DNA of 64,000 bases, taken from the NCBI GenBank assembly GCA_964605725.1, contig CAZSDQ010000002.1:5600-69599 (forward strand). Reading direction: 5' to 3'. How positions within the stretch are numbered: the first letter of the stretch is position 1; each line of letters begins with the position of its first letter. A program made the position numbers and the translations under genes. The notes beneath the pieces are model-generated. The model searched no databases, was not told where the DNA came from, and was given only the letters and a program-made list of their open reading frames with translations. Source of the stretch: an uncultured Candidatus Saccharibacteria bacterium. Lineage in GTDB: Bacteria > Patescibacteriota > WWE3 > UBA101185 > UBA10185. This document shows, in pieces, positions 53,853 to 63,798 of the stretch.

Positions 53853-55118
53853 ATGGTTCTCCGACTTCGAAAATCAAAGAAATATTATACAAAAACATTT
53901 GGCTGTTATGCTAATGAAGTTGACTCCGATTATATTGCGGGATTACTTGAGGATTTGGGTTTTTCTGAACTAAAAAAGAAAGGACGTAATGAGACCGAAG
54001 AGATTGAATACGCTTTGAAAAATGCCGATATCTTGGTTATAAACTCTTGTTCCGTCAGACAAAAAAGTGAGGATAAAGTTTACGGAATCGGGAAGATGAT
54101 AAAAAATAATCCTAAAGCCCGGGCTAAAGTGGTGTTAACCGGATGTATGGTCGGAAGTGTCACCGGAGATAGAAAAAGGTTTTCCGAAAAACAATTAAAA
54201 ATGAAAACAAAGGATTTTGATGGTTATTTCCCTCCATCAGATATTAAAAGTTTTTTAACTGTACTTAGGGAATTAAATTTAATATCAAAAGATTTAGTTT
54301 TTGATAAAAAAGGTTTGAAAAGACGACAGAGAGACAAGAACCATGCCTACGTAAATGTTTCCTATGGATGTGATAATTTTTGTTCTTATTGTGTTGTACC
54401 TTACTCGCGAGGTTGTGAGATTTCCAGAAGTAAAAAAGAAATACTTGAAGAAATAAAGTGCCTTGTAGAAAAAGGTGTTTGTGATTTTACTTTTTGCGGT
54501 CAGAACGTTAATTCTTGGGGGTTGAGTATGGAGGAGAAGTTTAAAGTCAGGTCCGCGGGACGCAAAGATACAGATAATAAAAAACAAAGTAAGCTACCTT
54601 TTGCTCAATTATTGAGAGAAATTCATAATATCAAAGAAATAAATAATATTGATTTTATTTCATCCAATCCTTTTGATTTCACACAAGATTTAGTTGATGT
54701 TTTAAAACTTCCTAAGATTTCCAATTATGTTCACATAGCTGTTCAATCAGGGAACAATAAGATTTTAAAGGCGATGAATAGAAGACATACTTCTGAAGAG
54801 TTTGTAAATTTAGTTGAACGGATTAGGAAGGTAAGACCCGGTATTGAAATAGGTACGGATATTATTGTCGGTTTTCCTGGAGAAACCAGAGAGCAATTTA
54901 TGGATACTGTTAAATTGATTGAAAAAGTAAAGTTTTCTGTCGCTTTTATTTCGATGTATTCTTCAAGAAAAGGTACCTTTGCAGAGATAAACTTAAAAGA
55001 TGATGTTCCCTTAAAGGAGAAGAAATGGAGACATATGTATCTAACGAAAGCATGGCGAAAAAACAAACCAAAAGTAAAAAGTAATTATTCACATTCTCGA
55101 TGGGTCAGTTCTGAATAA
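53853..55118 (+). CDS. miaB: MiaB-family radical-SAM methylthiotransferase, apparently lacking the C-terminal TRAM domain
   Basis: MTTase N-domain (YTKTFGCYANEVDSDYIAGLL) and radical-SAM CxxxCxxC (VSYGCDNFCSYCVVPYSRG). The ORF ends 6 nt before miaA, with no TRAM-like segment. Confidence 0.75.
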   Translation: MVLRLRKSKKYYTKTFGCYANEVDSDYIAGLLEDLGFSELKKKGRNETEEIEYALKNADILVINSCSVRQKSEDKVYGIGKMIKNNPKARAKVVLTGCMVGSVTGDRKRFSEKQLKMKTKDFDGYFPPSDIKSFLTVLRELNLISKDLVFDKKGLKRRQRDKNHAYVNVSYGCDNFCSYCVVPYSRGCEISRSKKEILEEIKCLVEKGVCDFTFCGQNVNSWGLSMEEKFKVRSAGRKDTDNKKQSKLPFAQLLREIHNIKEINNIDFISSNPFDFTQDLVDVLKLPKISNYVHIAVQSGNNKILKAMNRRHTSEEFVNLVERIRKVRPGIEIGTDIIVGFPGETREQFMDTVKLIEKVKFSVAFISMYSSRKGTFAEINLKDDVPLKEKKWRHMYLTKAWRKNKPKVKSNYSHSRWVSSE

Positions 55119-55124
55119 AAAAGT

Positions 55125-56060
55125 ATGAGCAAAAATTCAAAAATTTTTATTATCTTAGGTCCTACATCTTCGGGTAAAACATCTATAGCACTTGATTTAT
55201 GCAAAATATTTGACGGGGAAATTATCTCCGCAGATTCCAGACAGGTGTGTAAGTTTATGGATATTGGTACGGGAAAAGTACCTGTAAAATCAGATATAAA
55301 TCTTAAAAAATATACAGATCATTGGGAACTTAACGATGTAAAGGTTTGGGGATACGACCTTGTGAGTCCAGATGATTTTTTTTCAGGATATGATTTTGCT
55401 GATTACTCTTTAAAAAAGGCTAAGGAAATATTAGAAAAAGGAAAAACAGTATTTTTAGTTGGCGGTACGGGTTTTTACGTTGACCTTTTTACCGGAAAGA
55501 TGAAACCTTCGAAAGTTTTGCCTGATTTAAATCTTAGAGATTCCTTAGAAAAATTAAGTTTGTCCGATTTACAAACCAAGTTGAAAGCGCTTAATGAAAA
55601 AGCTTTCCAAAACATTGATCAAAAAAATAAAGTTAGGTTAATTAGGGCAATCGAAAAAGAATTATCTATAGATGTTAGAAACGAACAACTTCCCTATCTT
55701 GATGATGCAAAATTTACCTATATAGGTTTAACAGGAGATAGAGACTATTTATATAAAAGAGTTGATAATTGGGTAGATGAAATTTGGGATGGTGGTTTGA
55801 TAGATGAGGTAAAATCACTAGTGGAAATGGGTTACGGAGACAGCTCTAAGATTAAAGGTATAGTTTACAAAGAGGTTTTTGATTACATAGAGGGAAATTT
55901 AAAAAAATCGGAAGCTATACAGAAAACCAAATTCAACCTACATTCCTATATAAGAAGGCAACAGACTTGGTTTAAGAAAAATAACTTAATAGAGTGGTTT
56001 GATATTACTAAGGACGATTTTAAAGAAATAATATACAATAGAATAAAGGAGAACTTATAA
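55125..56060 (+). CDS. miaA: tRNA dimethylallyltransferase
   Basis: P-loop GPTSSGKTSIALDL, ISADSRQVCKFMDIGTGK and VGGTGFYVD motifs. Confidence 0.85.
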   Translation: MSKNSKIFIILGPTSSGKTSIALDLCKIFDGEIISADSRQVCKFMDIGTGKVPVKSDINLKKYTDHWELNDVKVWGYDLVSPDDFFSGYDFADYSLKKAKEILEKGKTVFLVGGTGFYVDLFTGKMKPSKVLPDLNLRDSLEKLSLSDLQTKLKALNEKAFQNIDQKNKVRLIRAIEKELSIDVRNEQLPYLDDAKFTYIGLTGDRDYLYKRVDNWVDEIWDGGLIDEVKSLVEMGYGDSSKIKGIVYKEVFDYIEGNLKKSEAIQKTKFNLHSYIRRQQTWFKKNNLIEWFDITKDDFKEIIYNRIKENL

Positions 56061-57050
56061 ATGGATAAACAAATAGTAATATCAATTAAAACTATAATTC
56101 TTTTTCTGCTGACAATCTTAGGTCTTTTTGTAATTTACAGATTAGGGCCAATCATAGGAATACTTTTATTATCAACATTGCTGGTTATATCTATGGAACA
56201 ACCTGTGAGGTATTTCATGAGAGGTTTTCTATTCAATAAAAGAATATCCAGAGGACTTGCGGTCTTAATTTCTTATTCTCTGTTTGTTTTAATAATATTA
56301 GGAGTTCTCACATTTGTTGTTCCTCCTTTAATTACAGAGCTTCAAAAAATGATTGTTAGCATCCCTTACATGCTTCAAAATGTTAAAATTCCGCAGGAGT
56401 GGCAGTCATCCGTTCCGAATATGATTCCCGATACGTCTAAAATATCTACTGGAGTAATAAATGCAACATTTTCAATTTTTTCAAATTTTGCCACTTTCTT
56501 GAGTGTTCTTGTCATATCAATTTACATGTCATTGGATTGGGAAAATATCAAAAAGGGTTTTATTTCTCTTTTTCCTAAGAATAATGAGGATATAGTACAA
56601 GAGACTATAGAAGATATCGAAAAAAATGTCGGGGCTTGGATAAAAGGTCAATTACTTTTAATGCTGGTAATTGGAGTAGCAAGTTTTATTGGTCTTTCTA
56701 TTTTAGGAGTTAGATATTCTGTTGGTTTGGGTTTATTGTCAGGTATTTTTGAAGCTATTCCGAACGTTGGTCCTGTTCTATCTGCTATAGTAGCCGGTTT
56801 AATAGGTTTTACAGACAGTCCTATAAAAGGTATCGGAGTAGTGTCTCTTTTTGTGATAATTCAGCAGTTGGAAAACAACTTACTTGTTCCAAAGATTATG
56901 GGTAAGGTTTCCGGATTTAGACCCCTTGTTATTTTGCTTGCTTTACTTGTAGGGGCAAATTTTTTTGGAATAATTGGGGCTGTGTGCGCTGTTCCGGTAA
57001 CAATGATAGCCTCAACTATCTTGAAGAAATTTTTCGGGACAAACAATTAA
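56061..57050 (+). CDS. AI-2E family (PerM/UPF0118) transporter
   Basis: 8 TM helices and conserved C-terminal region LLVPKIMGKVSGFRPLVILLALLVGANFFGIIGAVCAVPV. Confidence 0.6.
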   Translation: MDKQIVISIKTIILFLLTILGLFVIYRLGPIIGILLLSTLLVISMEQPVRYFMRGFLFNKRISRGLAVLISYSLFVLIILGVLTFVVPPLITELQKMIVSIPYMLQNVKIPQEWQSSVPNMIPDTSKISTGVINATFSIFSNFATFLSVLVISIYMSLDWENIKKGFISLFPKNNEDIVQETIEDIEKNVGAWIKGQLLLMLVIGVASFIGLSILGVRYSVGLGLLSGIFEAIPNVGPVLSAIVAGLIGFTDSPIKGIGVVSLFVIIQQLENNLLVPKIMGKVSGFRPLVILLALLVGANFFGIIGAVCAVPVTMIASTILKKFFGTNN

Positions 57051-57060
57051 TATAAATAGG

Positions 57061-57401
57061 CACGGGAAGCCTATAAGCCAGATTCTGTATTATCCGATCA
57101 TCTATCTACGCCCCATCTTTGTACCTTGCCGAGCCGACTCAAAGCGGTACGTTCGTGGGTTTCTGCAGGGTGGGATTGCCCGTTTCATATCTTTTCCGTG
57201 CTTAAGCTTACGGAAAAAGCTCGTCTCTGTTGCTCTCGGAAGATGTTAATTCACCATCCGTTTCCATTAATTTTCATTAATGAAACACCAGCGATTACGC
57301 GTCGGAGGTTACCCTCCGTCCCCTTGCTCTGTGCAGTCTGGACTTTCCTCTTCTAATCCGGGTTCACACCTTTCATAAAAGCGATCAGTCAGCTTCCCGT
57401 G
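57061..57401 (-). ncRNA. rnpB: RNase P RNA, bacterial type A
   Basis: Reverse complement contains P1 CACGGGAAGCTGAC...GCTTCCCGTG, CR-I GAGGAAAGTCCAGACTGCACAGAGCA and CR-V ACAGAATCTGGCTTAT. Locally GC-rich. Confidence 0.8.
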
Positions 57402-57485
57402 CCGTTATTATAACATTTTCTACCTTTTTTTGTTTTGTTAAAACTGTGATAGAATGCTAGAAAAATCTTAGAAAGGATAGAATAA

Positions 57486-57836
57486 ATGGTAAACCTTCTT
57501 TTTAAAAGAAAAAAACGTAATCAAGAAAATGTTTTTAGACCTACCGAGGAACTTATTCTCGAAGAGTGTCTGCGGACATCCTTAGCTTTGAAGGGGTTAA
57601 TACTGGGCAAGGAGTATCAGGATAGTTTTAAAATTTTAACCTACTCGATTACCAAGCCTGGTTTTCTTCGCTTTCTGTCTATTGGATCAATAATTATTCG
57701 CAACCAGCTTCAAGAAGTGGATCTTTGGGTTTACAGGTTGGGTAATTATTGGGTTGATGATCTGAAGAATACTTTGTCTGCTTTACAAAATGAAATTGGA
57801 CACAGTATTAAAATTGAAGTTTTCGAAAGCTTTTAA
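57486..57836 (+). CDS. hypothetical protein
   Basis: ORF only. Confidence 0.35.
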   Translation: MVNLLFKRKKRNQENVFRPTEELILEECLRTSLALKGLILGKEYQDSFKILTYSITKPGFLRFLSIGSIIIRNQLQEVDLWVYRLGNYWVDDLKNTLSALQNEIGHSIKIEVFESF

Positions 57837-57905
57837 TAGATTTTCATGATAGGCGTCCGGTTTTAGATTTTTCTCCGGACGCTTTTTGTATGCTAAAATA
57901 CTTGC

Positions 57906-58988
57906 ATGGCTGAAGATTTGGATCCGGAAAAATATCACGTGTTAACACCTAAAAAGAAAAAATTAGTAGTGTTTTTTCTATTATTTTTATTCCTTTTCTT
58001 TATACCTCTGATGTCTCTCATTTATTATAAGAGCGCTGTTCACAGACCTTCCCAAACAGCAAAAGAAGCTAATTTTGAAATAGGATCGGGAGATGATGTT
58101 TTTGAAATAGCCCAAATGCTTTATGAAAAAGAGGCGATAAATTCTGAATTTCTCTTTATTTTTTATGTCTTTTTGAATAGGTCCGATACAAACATTCAAG
58201 CTGGTACATACAAAATTCCAGCGGGTACCTCGTTGGTAACTTTAGTTGATATGTTAAAAAATGGGAGAAACGACATATCTTTGACATTTTTAGAAGGTTG
58301 GAGATTGGAACAATTCGCAATCTATGCTTCACAAAAACTTAAGAATTTTAACTACCAGGATTTTATGGAAATTGCCAAACCATATGAAGGTTATCTTTTC
58401 CCCGATACCTATTTTTTTAATTTAGATGCAGAAGAGGAGGAAGTTTTTAATAAGCTAAGAGATACTTTTGATAAGAAGACTGCAAGTATCCTTAAAGGTG
58501 AAGATTTGGATAAAGTCGGTTTATCAAAACAAGAAGCAGTAATTTTCGCTTCTATGGTTGAAAGAGAGGTATCTAACCCCGAAGATGCTCCTGTTGTTGC
58601 TGGTATTTTAATAAAAAGATGGAGAGAAGGTATGAAGCTAGATGTTGATGCTACAACTCAATATAGTGTTGTTTATAAAAGACTTTGCGGTGGAGATGGA
58701 AGTGACACACCCTGCATTCCCACCTTAGAAGATGTGTACGATGTTGACTGGTGGCCTCATAATCTAACCCGTGAGGAATTAGACACAGAAAATCCTTATA
58801 ACACCCGAGCTGTAGTTGGTCTCCCCCCGACTCCCATCTCAAGTTTTAGTTTATCGTCACTATCTGCAGTTATAAATTATGAGAAAACTCCTTATTACTA
58901 CTATTTAACCGGAAAAGACGGAGTAATGAGATACGCTGTTAGCCTAAGAGAACACGAACAAAATATTTCAAACTATCTGTCAAATTAA
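57906..58988 (+). CDS. mltG: endolytic murein transglycosylase MltG (YceG family)
   Basis: N-terminal TM helix, YceG motifs IPAGTSLVTLVDML and EGYLFPDTYFF, and LPPTPISSFS near the C-terminus. Confidence 0.8.
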   Translation: MAEDLDPEKYHVLTPKKKKLVVFFLLFLFLFFIPLMSLIYYKSAVHRPSQTAKEANFEIGSGDDVFEIAQMLYEKEAINSEFLFIFYVFLNRSDTNIQAGTYKIPAGTSLVTLVDMLKNGRNDISLTFLEGWRLEQFAIYASQKLKNFNYQDFMEIAKPYEGYLFPDTYFFNLDAEEEEVFNKLRDTFDKKTASILKGEDLDKVGLSKQEAVIFASMVEREVSNPEDAPVVAGILIKRWREGMKLDVDATTQYSVVYKRLCGGDGSDTPCIPTLEDVYDVDWWPHNLTREELDTENPYNTRAVVGLPPTPISSFSLSSLSAVINYEKTPYYYYLTGKDGVMRYAVSLREHEQNISNYLSN

Positions 58989-58994
58989 TTCTAA

Positions 58995-59396
58995 TTAATC
59001 CGAATCTTTAAGACTTTTAATTATTAAATCTTTAGTAATTTTTATTCCATAATTTTCCAATATTTTATCTTTGACAAAGATTGGAATAGCTGTCTCTTTT
59101 GAGATTTCTAACGCATCTTTTATTCCAATATTAAAGTCAAATTCCCTGCCGTCTTTTCTCAATGTAAGATAAGCGTAATAATTACTACAATAGCAGTGAT
59201 AAATTTTTATATGAGCTATATCAATTCCGCACCCGTGTAAAATTCTCTTAACACTGTTGTAGATGGAGGGAGCTGTGGACTTAGTGTTAAATACAATTTC
59301 TATCGGTAGTAGAGTTTTTAAGGATTTACAAAATAAATATAGTGTAGAAAAATCTGTGTAAGGGACTTCAGTTATAAATTTTACTGGCTTATACAT
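58995..59396 (-). CDS. bifunctional nuclease (BFN/DUF151) family protein
   Basis: YAYLTLRKDGREFDFNIGIKDALEISKETAIPIFVKDKILENYGIKI parallels the BFN pattern (...AELHL..DG.E..IDARPSDAIALAL....PIYV.EEVL...GI). Confidence 0.45.
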   Translation of the reverse strand: MYKPVKFITEVPYTDFSTLYLFCKSLKTLLPIEIVFNTKSTAPSIYNSVKRILHGCGIDIAHIKIYHCYCSNYYAYLTLRKDGREFDFNIGIKDALEISKETAIPIFVKDKILENYGIKITKDLIIKSLKDSD

Positions 59397-59430
59397 ATTT
59401 TTTTAAATGTAATATATAATTGTTATAAAT

Positions 59431-59865
59431 ATGTCTAACTTGCTCAAAAATACTTACGACAAAATGGAAGCTATTAAGGGCAAAAGGCTCGTTTATATGC
59501 TTTTGGCCATTTTTGTCTCTTTTACCATAGTAGGTCTTTCAATTGGATATCTTATGTCACCAAAATTAAATCAAGATGAAGCACCTGTGAAGACATATTC
59601 AGGAAACTTACCAAAACCTGAAAAAACAGAAGCTTCGGGAAAAATTACTTATGTAAATCCTGAAATGTACCCAATAGACGAAATATCGTATTCTCTTACT
59701 GATGGTTCTGGTAAAGATATTTACTTATTATCTGCAAAGGATAATAAATTAGAAATTTCCGAAGGTTTGTACGTTAAAGTAATTGGTACTTTAAGTACAC
59801 TGAAGGATGGGAAAACTCCCGTTCTTTTGGTTGAGGAGGTAATAATAAACAATGTCTCAAATTGA
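59431..59865 (+). CDS. hypothetical membrane-anchored protein
   Basis: One TM helix near the N-terminus; overlaps the ftsE start. Confidence 0.4.
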   Translation: MSNLLKNTYDKMEAIKGKRLVYMLLAIFVSFTIVGLSIGYLMSPKLNQDEAPVKTYSGNLPKPEKTEASGKITYVNPEMYPIDEISYSLTDGSGKDIYLLSAKDNKLEISEGLYVKVIGTLSTLKDGKTPVLLVEEVIINNVSN

Positions 59866-60538
59866 ATTTAAAAATGTTACTAAAGAATATATTTCTGGAA
59901 ATAAAGTTTTGGATGATGTGTCTTTTTCAATTGAAAAAGGAGAGTTTATTTTTATAATCGGGCCTTCGGGAGCGGGGAAATCAACAATTATTAAACTACT
60001 GACTCGAGAGGAAAAACCTGAAGAGGGTCAAGTTGTTTTTAATAACCAAGATATCTCAAACATTAAACCCGAAGAGATGCCCGATTACAGAAGAAAAATA
60101 GGTGTGGTTTATCAGGATTATAAACTTCTCAATTCTAAGACGGTTTATGATAATGTTGCTGTTTCATTAGAAGTGGTGGATTCAGACGAACAGGAAATTA
60201 AAAGCGTCGTTCCAAATGTTTTAAGTCTGGTAGGTCTTTTAGACCATTCTTCATACTACCCTCAAGAATTATCGGGAGGTGAAAAACAAAGAGTTGCAAT
60301 CGCCCGAGCTTTAGCTCACGAGCCCGATGTTTTAATTGCTGATGAAGCTACCGGAATGATTGATCCTGATGTCTCAGACGAGATAGTGGAGTTATTAGAA
60401 AAAATTAACTCCTTGGGAACCACTGTTATTATGGCAACACACGATCAAAGAATTGTTGATAAATTGACTAAAAGAGTTATAAAAATTCAAAAGGGTAAGC
60501 TAGTATCTGATAAAAAGGGAGGTAAATATCGTGCCTAA
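59852..60538 (+). CDS. ftsE: cell division ABC transporter ATP-binding protein FtsE
   Basis: Walker A GPSGAGKST, ABC signature LSGGEKQRVAIARAL and Walker B VLIADE. Confidence 0.85.
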   Translation: MSQIEFKNVTKEYISGNKVLDDVSFSIEKGEFIFIIGPSGAGKSTIIKLLTREEKPEEGQVVFNNQDISNIKPEEMPDYRRKIGVVYQDYKLLNSKTVYDNVAVSLEVVDSDEQEIKSVVPNVLSLVGLLDHSSYYPQELSGGEKQRVAIARALAHEPDVLIADEATGMIDPDVSDEIVELLEKINSLGTTVIMATHDQRIVDKLTKRVIKIQKGKLVSDKKGGKYRA

Positions 60539-61418
60539 AGTTTGGAACATATTAAAAAACTATATACAGAAAGAAAGATTAATGACGATCTCTAATATTT
60601 TAGTTATGGGAGTGACCTTCCTGCTCCTTGGGATTTTTATTGAGGTGGTAGTGTTGTCACAAACAATGTTGAAATATTTAGAAGATCAAGCCCAGATTAC
60701 CGTATTTTTTAAAGATGAGTTCGGAGAAGATAAGATAATTCCTTTTAAAGATAGTTTACTTTCAGACGAAAGAATATCTGAAGTAACCTATATCTCTAAA
60801 GAGGAAGCTCTGAAGATTTTCAAAGATATAAATCAAGATCAACCGGTTTTATTGGAATCAATTTCTGCAAGTGTACTGCCAGCCAGCTTGGAGATTAAGA
60901 CAAAGAAAATTACCGATCTCGATGGACTTACAAATGAACTTCAGTCAAAGGACGGTGTCGAGGAGGTCAGGTTCTATAAAGATGTTATCCAAAAATTTAA
61001 ATCGGTTAGTAACACTGTGTATATAGTTGGTTTTATATTAGTGGTCGTGTTTTTCCTAATTTCATATTCGGTAATTATTTCTTCTTTAAGGACAGCAATA
61101 AACTCACGTGGCCAGGAACTTGAGGTAATGAGATTAGTTGGAGCTAAGGATTCTTACATAACCAAACCGTTTATGTATCAAGGTGTGTTTTTTAGTACAA
61201 TATCAGCCTTTTTAGCGTCGATTATAGTCTTTATTTTGGGTTTTGTTGAAAGTAAGTTAGGTGTATTTTCCAGGGGTTTGTCCTTTGGTTTTCTACCTAA
61301 AGTGTTCATGAATCCTGTTATATTTTCCTTGATTTTAGCCTTTATTCTCATCCTGTCCGGATTTGTTTTGGGATACTTCGGAAGCAAGGCTGCGGTCAAG
61401 AAATATTTAAAATATTAA
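60531..61418 (+). CDS. ftsX: cell division permease FtsX
   Basis: 4 TM helices with a large first extracellular loop; translationally coupled to ftsE. Confidence 0.75.
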   Translation: MPKVWNILKNYIQKERLMTISNILVMGVTFLLLGIFIEVVVLSQTMLKYLEDQAQITVFFKDEFGEDKIIPFKDSLLSDERISEVTYISKEEALKIFKDINQDQPVLLESISASVLPASLEIKTKKITDLDGLTNELQSKDGVEEVRFYKDVIQKFKSVSNTVYIVGFILVVVFFLISYSVIISSLRTAINSRGQELEVMRLVGAKDSYITKPFMYQGVFFSTISAFLASIIVFILGFVESKLGVFSRGLSFGFLPKVFMNPVIFSLILAFILILSGFVLGYFGSKAAVKKYLKY

Positions 61419-61425
61419 AAGGCCT

Positions 61426-62676
61426 ATGAAAATCAAAAAACATTTTTTCTTAGTAATAGCTGTAATTTTTGCTTTTTTGCTACCTTTCAATATTCCTTCT
61501 TTTGCTCAAGAGGAAATTTCTGACGAGGATGAGGAAGAGATTCAAGATATTCAGGAAAAAATCGAAAAATATGAGAAAAAGATTAGTGATTTACGTGGAA
61601 AGGCTAATACTTTACAAAATGAGATTGATTATATGGACAGTCAGATTGGTCTTACTCAATTAAAAATACAAAGCTCCATTGCCAACATTGTAAAAACGGA
61701 AGATAGGATTAAAGAACTATCAGAGGGCATAGAAAACCTTGGTATAAGAATAGACAAGCTAGTTAAATCAATTGAATATCAAGAAATGATTTTAGGTTCA
61801 AGAATGAGAGAAAGATACAAGGATAGAGGAAACAGTATGTTGATGCTTTTATTTGGAAGTAATACTTTAAACTCTTTAGTAAAAAAGACAGAGTACTTAA
61901 GAGCTTTAGAGGAAAATGATAATAAATTAATCGACCAGATGGCGGAAACAAGAACGAGTTTTGAGCAGCAGAAGGATATTTTTCAAAATAAAAAGATAGA
62001 GCAGGAAGAGCTAAAAAACAAGCTTCAGATTGAAAAGGCGAATTTGGATAGTTATCAAAGAAGCCTCGATAGTCAAAAAGAAGCAAAAGAGAAGTTATTG
62101 GCCGATACTCAAAACGACGAAGCAAAATATCAGGAATTGTTGGCTGAAGCAGAGAAGGAGCTTGCTTCTTTTGCAGGATTCGTTCAGAGCGCTGGAGGAG
62201 GAATCATCGGAAGTAACGAATTTGGTTCGGGAAAGGAAGGTTGGTATTTGTCCCAAAGGGATGCAAGATGGGCTAATCAAAAAATAGGAAATTCAAACTA
62301 TACAGTTTTTGAGGTGGGGTGTTTGATTACAAGCGTCGCTATGTATAACAGATATTATGGAAATAACATTTCTCCGGGTGACATAGCAAAAGATGATAGC
62401 AGGTTTTTTTCAAATACTGCAATGATGCTTATACCTTGGAAAGCACCTCCCGGAAAGAGTTACAAAGCTATTACCGCATCTTCCATAAGTGATGAGTTAG
62501 AGAAACGGCCTGTTATTGTAGGTGTTTACGCAGGTCCTTATGGTACACATTTTGTTGTACTTTCTAAAAAATCAGGTAGCGATTATATTATGTATGATCC
62601 TTGGTACGGGCCTGATCTGAAGTTTTCGGATTATTATCAAAAATCATCTATCTACAGTGCTGTTGTTTTTAAATAG
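61426..62676 (+). CDS. PcsB/EnvC-like coiled-coil protein with a C-terminal papain-like (Peptidase_C39_2/CHAP-like) cysteine peptidase domain
   Basis: Signal peptide and ~250 aa of coiled-coil. C-terminal domain has a putative catalytic Cys (VFEVGCLITSVAMY) and His (GTHFVVL). Lies immediately downstream of ftsEX. Confidence 0.6.
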   Translation: MKIKKHFFLVIAVIFAFLLPFNIPSFAQEEISDEDEEEIQDIQEKIEKYEKKISDLRGKANTLQNEIDYMDSQIGLTQLKIQSSIANIVKTEDRIKELSEGIENLGIRIDKLVKSIEYQEMILGSRMRERYKDRGNSMLMLLFGSNTLNSLVKKTEYLRALEENDNKLIDQMAETRTSFEQQKDIFQNKKIEQEELKNKLQIEKANLDSYQRSLDSQKEAKEKLLADTQNDEAKYQELLAEAEKELASFAGFVQSAGGGIIGSNEFGSGKEGWYLSQRDARWANQKIGNSNYTVFEVGCLITSVAMYNRYYGNNISPGDIAKDDSRFFSNTAMMLIPWKAPPGKSYKAITASSISDELEKRPVIVGVYAGPYGTHFVVLSKKSGSDYIMYDPWYGPDLKFSDYYQKSSIYSAVVFK

Positions 62677-62740
62677 AATATCCTACTAAAAATAGAAATT
62701 TGCATCTTTTGATCTTTATTTTTTATCCTAGAATCAATTT

Positions 62741-63427
62741 GTGAGGAAGATGATATTTATTGCTCTAATAGTATTCTACAGAATATTGTGTATTGCTGAA
62801 AATAACTACTTTGACTTTTCATTAAATAGATATCTTATAGATGAAAATAAAGAAACGGTGGTCAATTTTAAGTATAAGCTGGAAGGTTACGATGAAAAAT
62901 TATTTTTGGTTAAACCTTTTATAGAAAATGGAATTATAGAAGTATTTAATCCGGAAAATAATTTGTGGGTTTCGTCTTTTTCATTAGTGTCTGACCTTCC
63001 TGATATACAAAAAGAAATGTTAATAAGAATAAAAGGTTTTGGGACAGAGAAAACCGAACTATATTTTGAAATATTAAATTTATCTAATGGTCAGGTTTAC
63101 ATAACTCCTAAAAAGTATGTTTGGTCCAAAAAAGTGTATGAAAAATATCTGGAGGATTTAAATAAAAAAATTAAGGGGGATTTAGTATTAAAAAACGAAG
63201 GTGAGGGCGTCCAAGAAGAAACTTTAGATGGTGTATTTTTAAAAGATTCTAGTAGAGAAAGTATTTATAAAAAATTATATGAAAAAATCACGGAAGATTA
63301 TTTTTATCTTTTAGTATTTTTTGAATTTTTAATTTTCTTTAATTTAGGTTTCAGGAAGAGTAAAAACAGTGTTAAAAGAATTGATATTGAGTCCCGAACT
63401 TATGGTGTAAATGGTAAAATACCATAG
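62741..63427 (+). CDS. hypothetical secreted protein
   Basis: ORF with a signal-peptide-like N-terminus. Confidence 0.4.
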   Translation: MRKMIFIALIVFYRILCIAENNYFDFSLNRYLIDENKETVVNFKYKLEGYDEKLFLVKPFIENGIIEVFNPENNLWVSSFSLVSDLPDIQKEMLIRIKGFGTEKTELYFEILNLSNGQVYITPKKYVWSKKVYEKYLEDLNKKIKGDLVLKNEGEGVQEETLDGVFLKDSSRESIYKKLYEKITEDYFYLLVFFEFLIFFNLGFRKSKNSVKRIDIESRTYGVNGKIP

Positions 63428-63798
63428 TGAAAAAAATTATTAACTGGCTCCCGGCTTTAGTGGTGATGACTATAATTTTTATACTTTCTTCCCAGCCTGG
63501 GGAGGTGGTTAATTCCACTGTGGCAAATACAGAGTCTGTACAAAAAATTGGTCATGTAATAATGTTTATGATTCTCTGTGTTTCCTATTTTAAAGCTACA
63601 AAAAACATACCTCTTTCTATATTGCTTTCGCTTCTGTATGCAATTTTTGATGAGTATCATCAGTCATTTACCGTCGATAGATCTTCCAGTATTAGTGATG
63701 TATTTATTGATGTTCTGGGGGCATCAGTTTCGGGAATATTTTTATGGAAAGTATTACCAAATCTACCGAAGAAACTAAAAGACTTGCTATTGAATTAG
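63427..63798 (+). CDS. VanZ-like family membrane protein
   Basis: 4 TM helices with KIGHVIMFMILCVSYF and LYAIFDEYHQSF motifs. Confidence 0.65.
   Translation: MKKIINWLPALVVMTIIFILSSQPGEVVNSTVANTESVQKIGHVIMFMILCVSYFKATKNIPLSILLSLLYAIFDEYHQSFTVDRSSSISDVFIDVLGASVSGIFLWKVLPNLPKKLKDLLLN

Noticed and set aside
57126-57356. 76-aa plus-strand ORF
   Set aside because: It overlaps the RNase P RNA gene (CR-I, CR-V and P1 all identified on the minus strand). The GC-rich structured RNA explains the open frame.
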